Source: Neocallimastix sp. 'constans' (Eukaryota). Taken from it: a DNA stretch of 64,000 bases. Position numbers and translations under genes: made by a program. Shown one piece after another: positions 60,895-64,000 of the stretch. The DNA lies in assembly GCA_050613775.1 (NCBI GenBank), contig JBODTK010000012.1, positions 992,001 through 1,056,000 of the forward strand. The letters run 5' to 3'. Under the pieces are notes generated by a model. It saw only the letters and a list, made by a program, of their open reading frames with translations, was not told the origin of the DNA and searched no databases. Every line of letters starts with the position of its first letter. Position 1 is the first letter of the stretch.

Positions 60895-61863
60895 CAGAAC
60901 ATATAATATATAATCTATTTAATTAAAGTATTTAAAATTTTTTTAAATAATTCCTCTTTATTTATTTTAAAGTTAGAATAATATTTTTGATTATTGTAGT
61001 TAAAAAAAAAATTATTAATTAATTATAGATTTTTTTTAATTATAAAAAAAAAAAAAAATTGTTAATGTATATACTTATTAATAATAAAAAGTAAATTTAA
61101 ACAGTTCAATAATTGTAAATTTGTTCTAAATAATAATTCAAACTAATAATTTTACCTGCTAAAATGAAATAATTACTTAAAAAATATAATCCTTATGAAC
61201 TTCTATTTTAATTTTTAATTGATAAAGAAGTAATTATTATTAATAAAAAATTTTATATTTTAAAAAGGTTGTTTTTTTTTTATATTAATATGTATATTAG
61301 TTTTCTTATGAGCATATAAATAATATGCATATTTTAATATAAAAAGAATGTTTTTTTTTATAATATATTAGTTTTTTTATAAACATATATATATAAATTT
61401 AAATTTTTACAAAAATTTTAAATTAAATATCTAAAAACTTTAAAAATAAAAATAATTTTTTCTTTAAATTTATTTAATATATATAATTGATTTTTCTTTT
61501 TATATAAAAAAAATATTATTATTATTTTGTTTTTTTTAGTAGTGATTTTTAGTTCTATACATAATACATAATGTATTACATATTACATAAATGTCTATGA
61601 CTGTACAATAAAATATTTCATAATATTTGAAGTTATATCTTCTTGTAATGATGAATATAAATATATATATATATATTATATTTATATTTATTTATTTATT
61701 TATTTAATCTTTAATCATACTAAATATTGTTATTTTTAAAAATTACTAATTAAAAAAGAAAAGACAAAAAAATATATATAACAGTGTGTTTACTAATATT
61801 TCCATATTTAAAAATTTGAAATAAAAAGTTATAAATAAAATATACACATAATAAAAAACTTAT

Positions 61864-62188
61864 ATGCATTTCCAATAAATATAATATCTATCTAAATTCA
61901 ATTCAATACAATTTAGTACTTATTTTTTTATTATATTAATTTTTTAAACATGAATATAATTAAAAAAAATATTTTTATGTATTAAATTTCAAATTTCAAA
62001 AATTTACATATTTTAATATTAATATAATATGCATTTCCAATAAATATCTATCTAAATTCAATTCAATACAATTTAGTACTTATTTTTTTATTATATTAAT
62101 TTTTTAAACATGAATATAATTAAAAAAAATATTTTTATGTATTAAATTTCAAATTTCAAAAATTTACATATTTTAATATTAATATATA
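61864..62188. repeat. ~165-bp tandem duplication (2 copies)
   Basis: ATGCATTTCCAATAAATA..CTATCTAAATTCAATTCAATACAATTTAGTAC..TTACATATTTTAATATTAATATATA is repeated almost exactly. Confidence 0.9.
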
Positions 62189-64000
62189 ACATATATTATT
62201 ATTAATAAATTATATATTAAATATTATTATTTTTTTATTATTATTATTATTAAAGATAAAAGCATTTATTTTATATTTATTTTAAATAATATTAATATAT
62301 ATAAATATATATAAATATATAACAACTTTGTTTTTGGTTTTATATATTAATCTATATTATTTTTATTTTTATTTTTTTTTTTTTTTTTTAAATTTATGTT
62401 TTAAAATTTTTATACTTTAATAAATAATTAATTTTTTAAAAAAAAAAAATAAGTAAATAAAAATTAATTAAAATTATTATTCACATGTAGTTTTTAAACT
62501 TTGATTATGTATCTAAAATTTTATTCTAAAATTTTTATATCATAAAATACTAAGTACCCTAAGTTGATATCCAAAAATAAAATAATATAATAATTTTGAT
62601 TAATAATTGACATTGTATATATTATATATTTGTTTGAATAAAAAAAAAATTAACCACTTTTAAATAAATTATATATTGCAATTTTAATTATTATATTTTT
62701 TATTAAAAATATATTTAAATATATAAAAGATGAATAATTAAATAATAAGATTATTGTTTTAAAAAGAAAATAACTTTCATAAATAAAAACTAAAATAAAA
62801 CAAAAATAAAAATATATTTTAATTCCTTTTATATTTTTTTTAAAGGATTATTATTTAATTTAATTAAAGAATCTTTTTAATATAATTATTAATATTAATA
62901 AAAATAAACATTATATTTTAAATAAATTTAGAGTTTATTGACTGTTATGTGGATGAAAATTTTATAAAAATGTATGCGTATATATATATATGTTATTTAT
63001 ATTGGTTATTTATATACCAGTTAATTAATTATTATTTTTTCGTAATAAATTAAGTAATCCAGTATCATAAATATTATAGTAAAAAATAATTTTAAAAAAA
63101 AAATATATATATATATATATTATTATTATAAAGAATGATTAAAAATTATAAAAAACAATAAAGTTTTTTTATTCAAAATAGAAATAATTTATATTTTTAT
63201 AATAATTATTTTTTCTATATATAATTCCAAAAATTATAAAAGAAAAAAAAATTTTAAAATAAAGATAAATAATAATAAAAAAATAAAAAATAATAATCTC
63301 TAAATATAAAATTGAAATTATATTAAAAAGAAAAATATTATAAACAATAAAATTTTATTAAAACTTCTCCAGTACTTTAAAAAGCTTTATCAGCATAAAC
63401 AATAGGTTAAATAATTTAGTTAAATCATCTCACCACAAAAATTCACTTTATCAAAAATATATATATATTCTATTAATTTTTAGATCATTTAAAAATTACT
63501 TTAAATTTAAGTTTAAATTTATTTTATAGAAGTCATTTATTTTATTTATCTATTATTTATTTTTAATTTAAAAATTAATTATATTTATTCTGAAAAAAGA
63601 AAAAAGTTTATATGAAAATTTGAACTAAATAATTACTATTAATGAAATACTACCGGTATTTTTTTTTTTTTTTTAAAATAAAAAAGAAAAATCATTTATA
63701 ATAAAACATTCAAAGATAAAAAAAAATTCAATATAAATGTATAATATTCTAAATATTTTCAAAAATAATTAAATTGTAAATATAAATATTTAATAAAGAT
63801 TTAATTTCCAATTTTTTTTTATTTAATAAAATAATAATTATTATTATAATTGAATTATTACATATAATTTTTTTATTATTTATTAATTTATAATTAACAT
63901 TTATTTGTATGATTTGTGAAATATATTTTATGTTAGAAATAAAGTTTAATATATGAATAGAGTGTGTGGCATTTCGCAAAATTTCATTTCGGAAAAGTTT

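Noticed and set aside
63360..64000. GC-richer patches near the window end (IVYADKAF on minus; TTTCGCAAAATTTCATTTCGGAAAAG)
   Set aside because: These may be transposon remnants or a terminus, but they are too short or cut off by the window edge to call.

Overview
Extremely AT-rich, intron-containing eukaryotic DNA. The composition, the swollenin and the repeat content suggest an anaerobic gut fungus (Neocallimastigomycota); this is an inference. Bases 1-13.3 kb hold the 3' end of a swollenin gene followed by a transposon graveyard. It contains a near-complete but disabled APE+RT LINE, several 5'-truncated LINE tails chained at poly-A tracts, and Ty3/Gypsy pol remnants. The rest of the window carries only membrane or secreted genes, whose exons I reconstructed by hand. 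These are two convergent rhomboid protease paralogues with identical intron positions, a 4-exon cAMP-receptor-like GPCR, an intronless orphan 7-TM protein and a small prepro-peptide-like secreted ORF. There is also a 12-exon secreted LRR gene with roughly one LRR per symmetric phase-2 exon (mostly missed by the ORF track) and a ~1,870-aa secreted CxxC/furin-like Cys-rich protein. Microsatellites, local tandem duplications and long fold-back hairpins are common. No rRNA, tRNA or CRISPR was seen. The most promising leads are the putative Kex2-processed cationic peptide precursor, the modular LRR exon array and the VSP/Igl-like Cys-rich protein.
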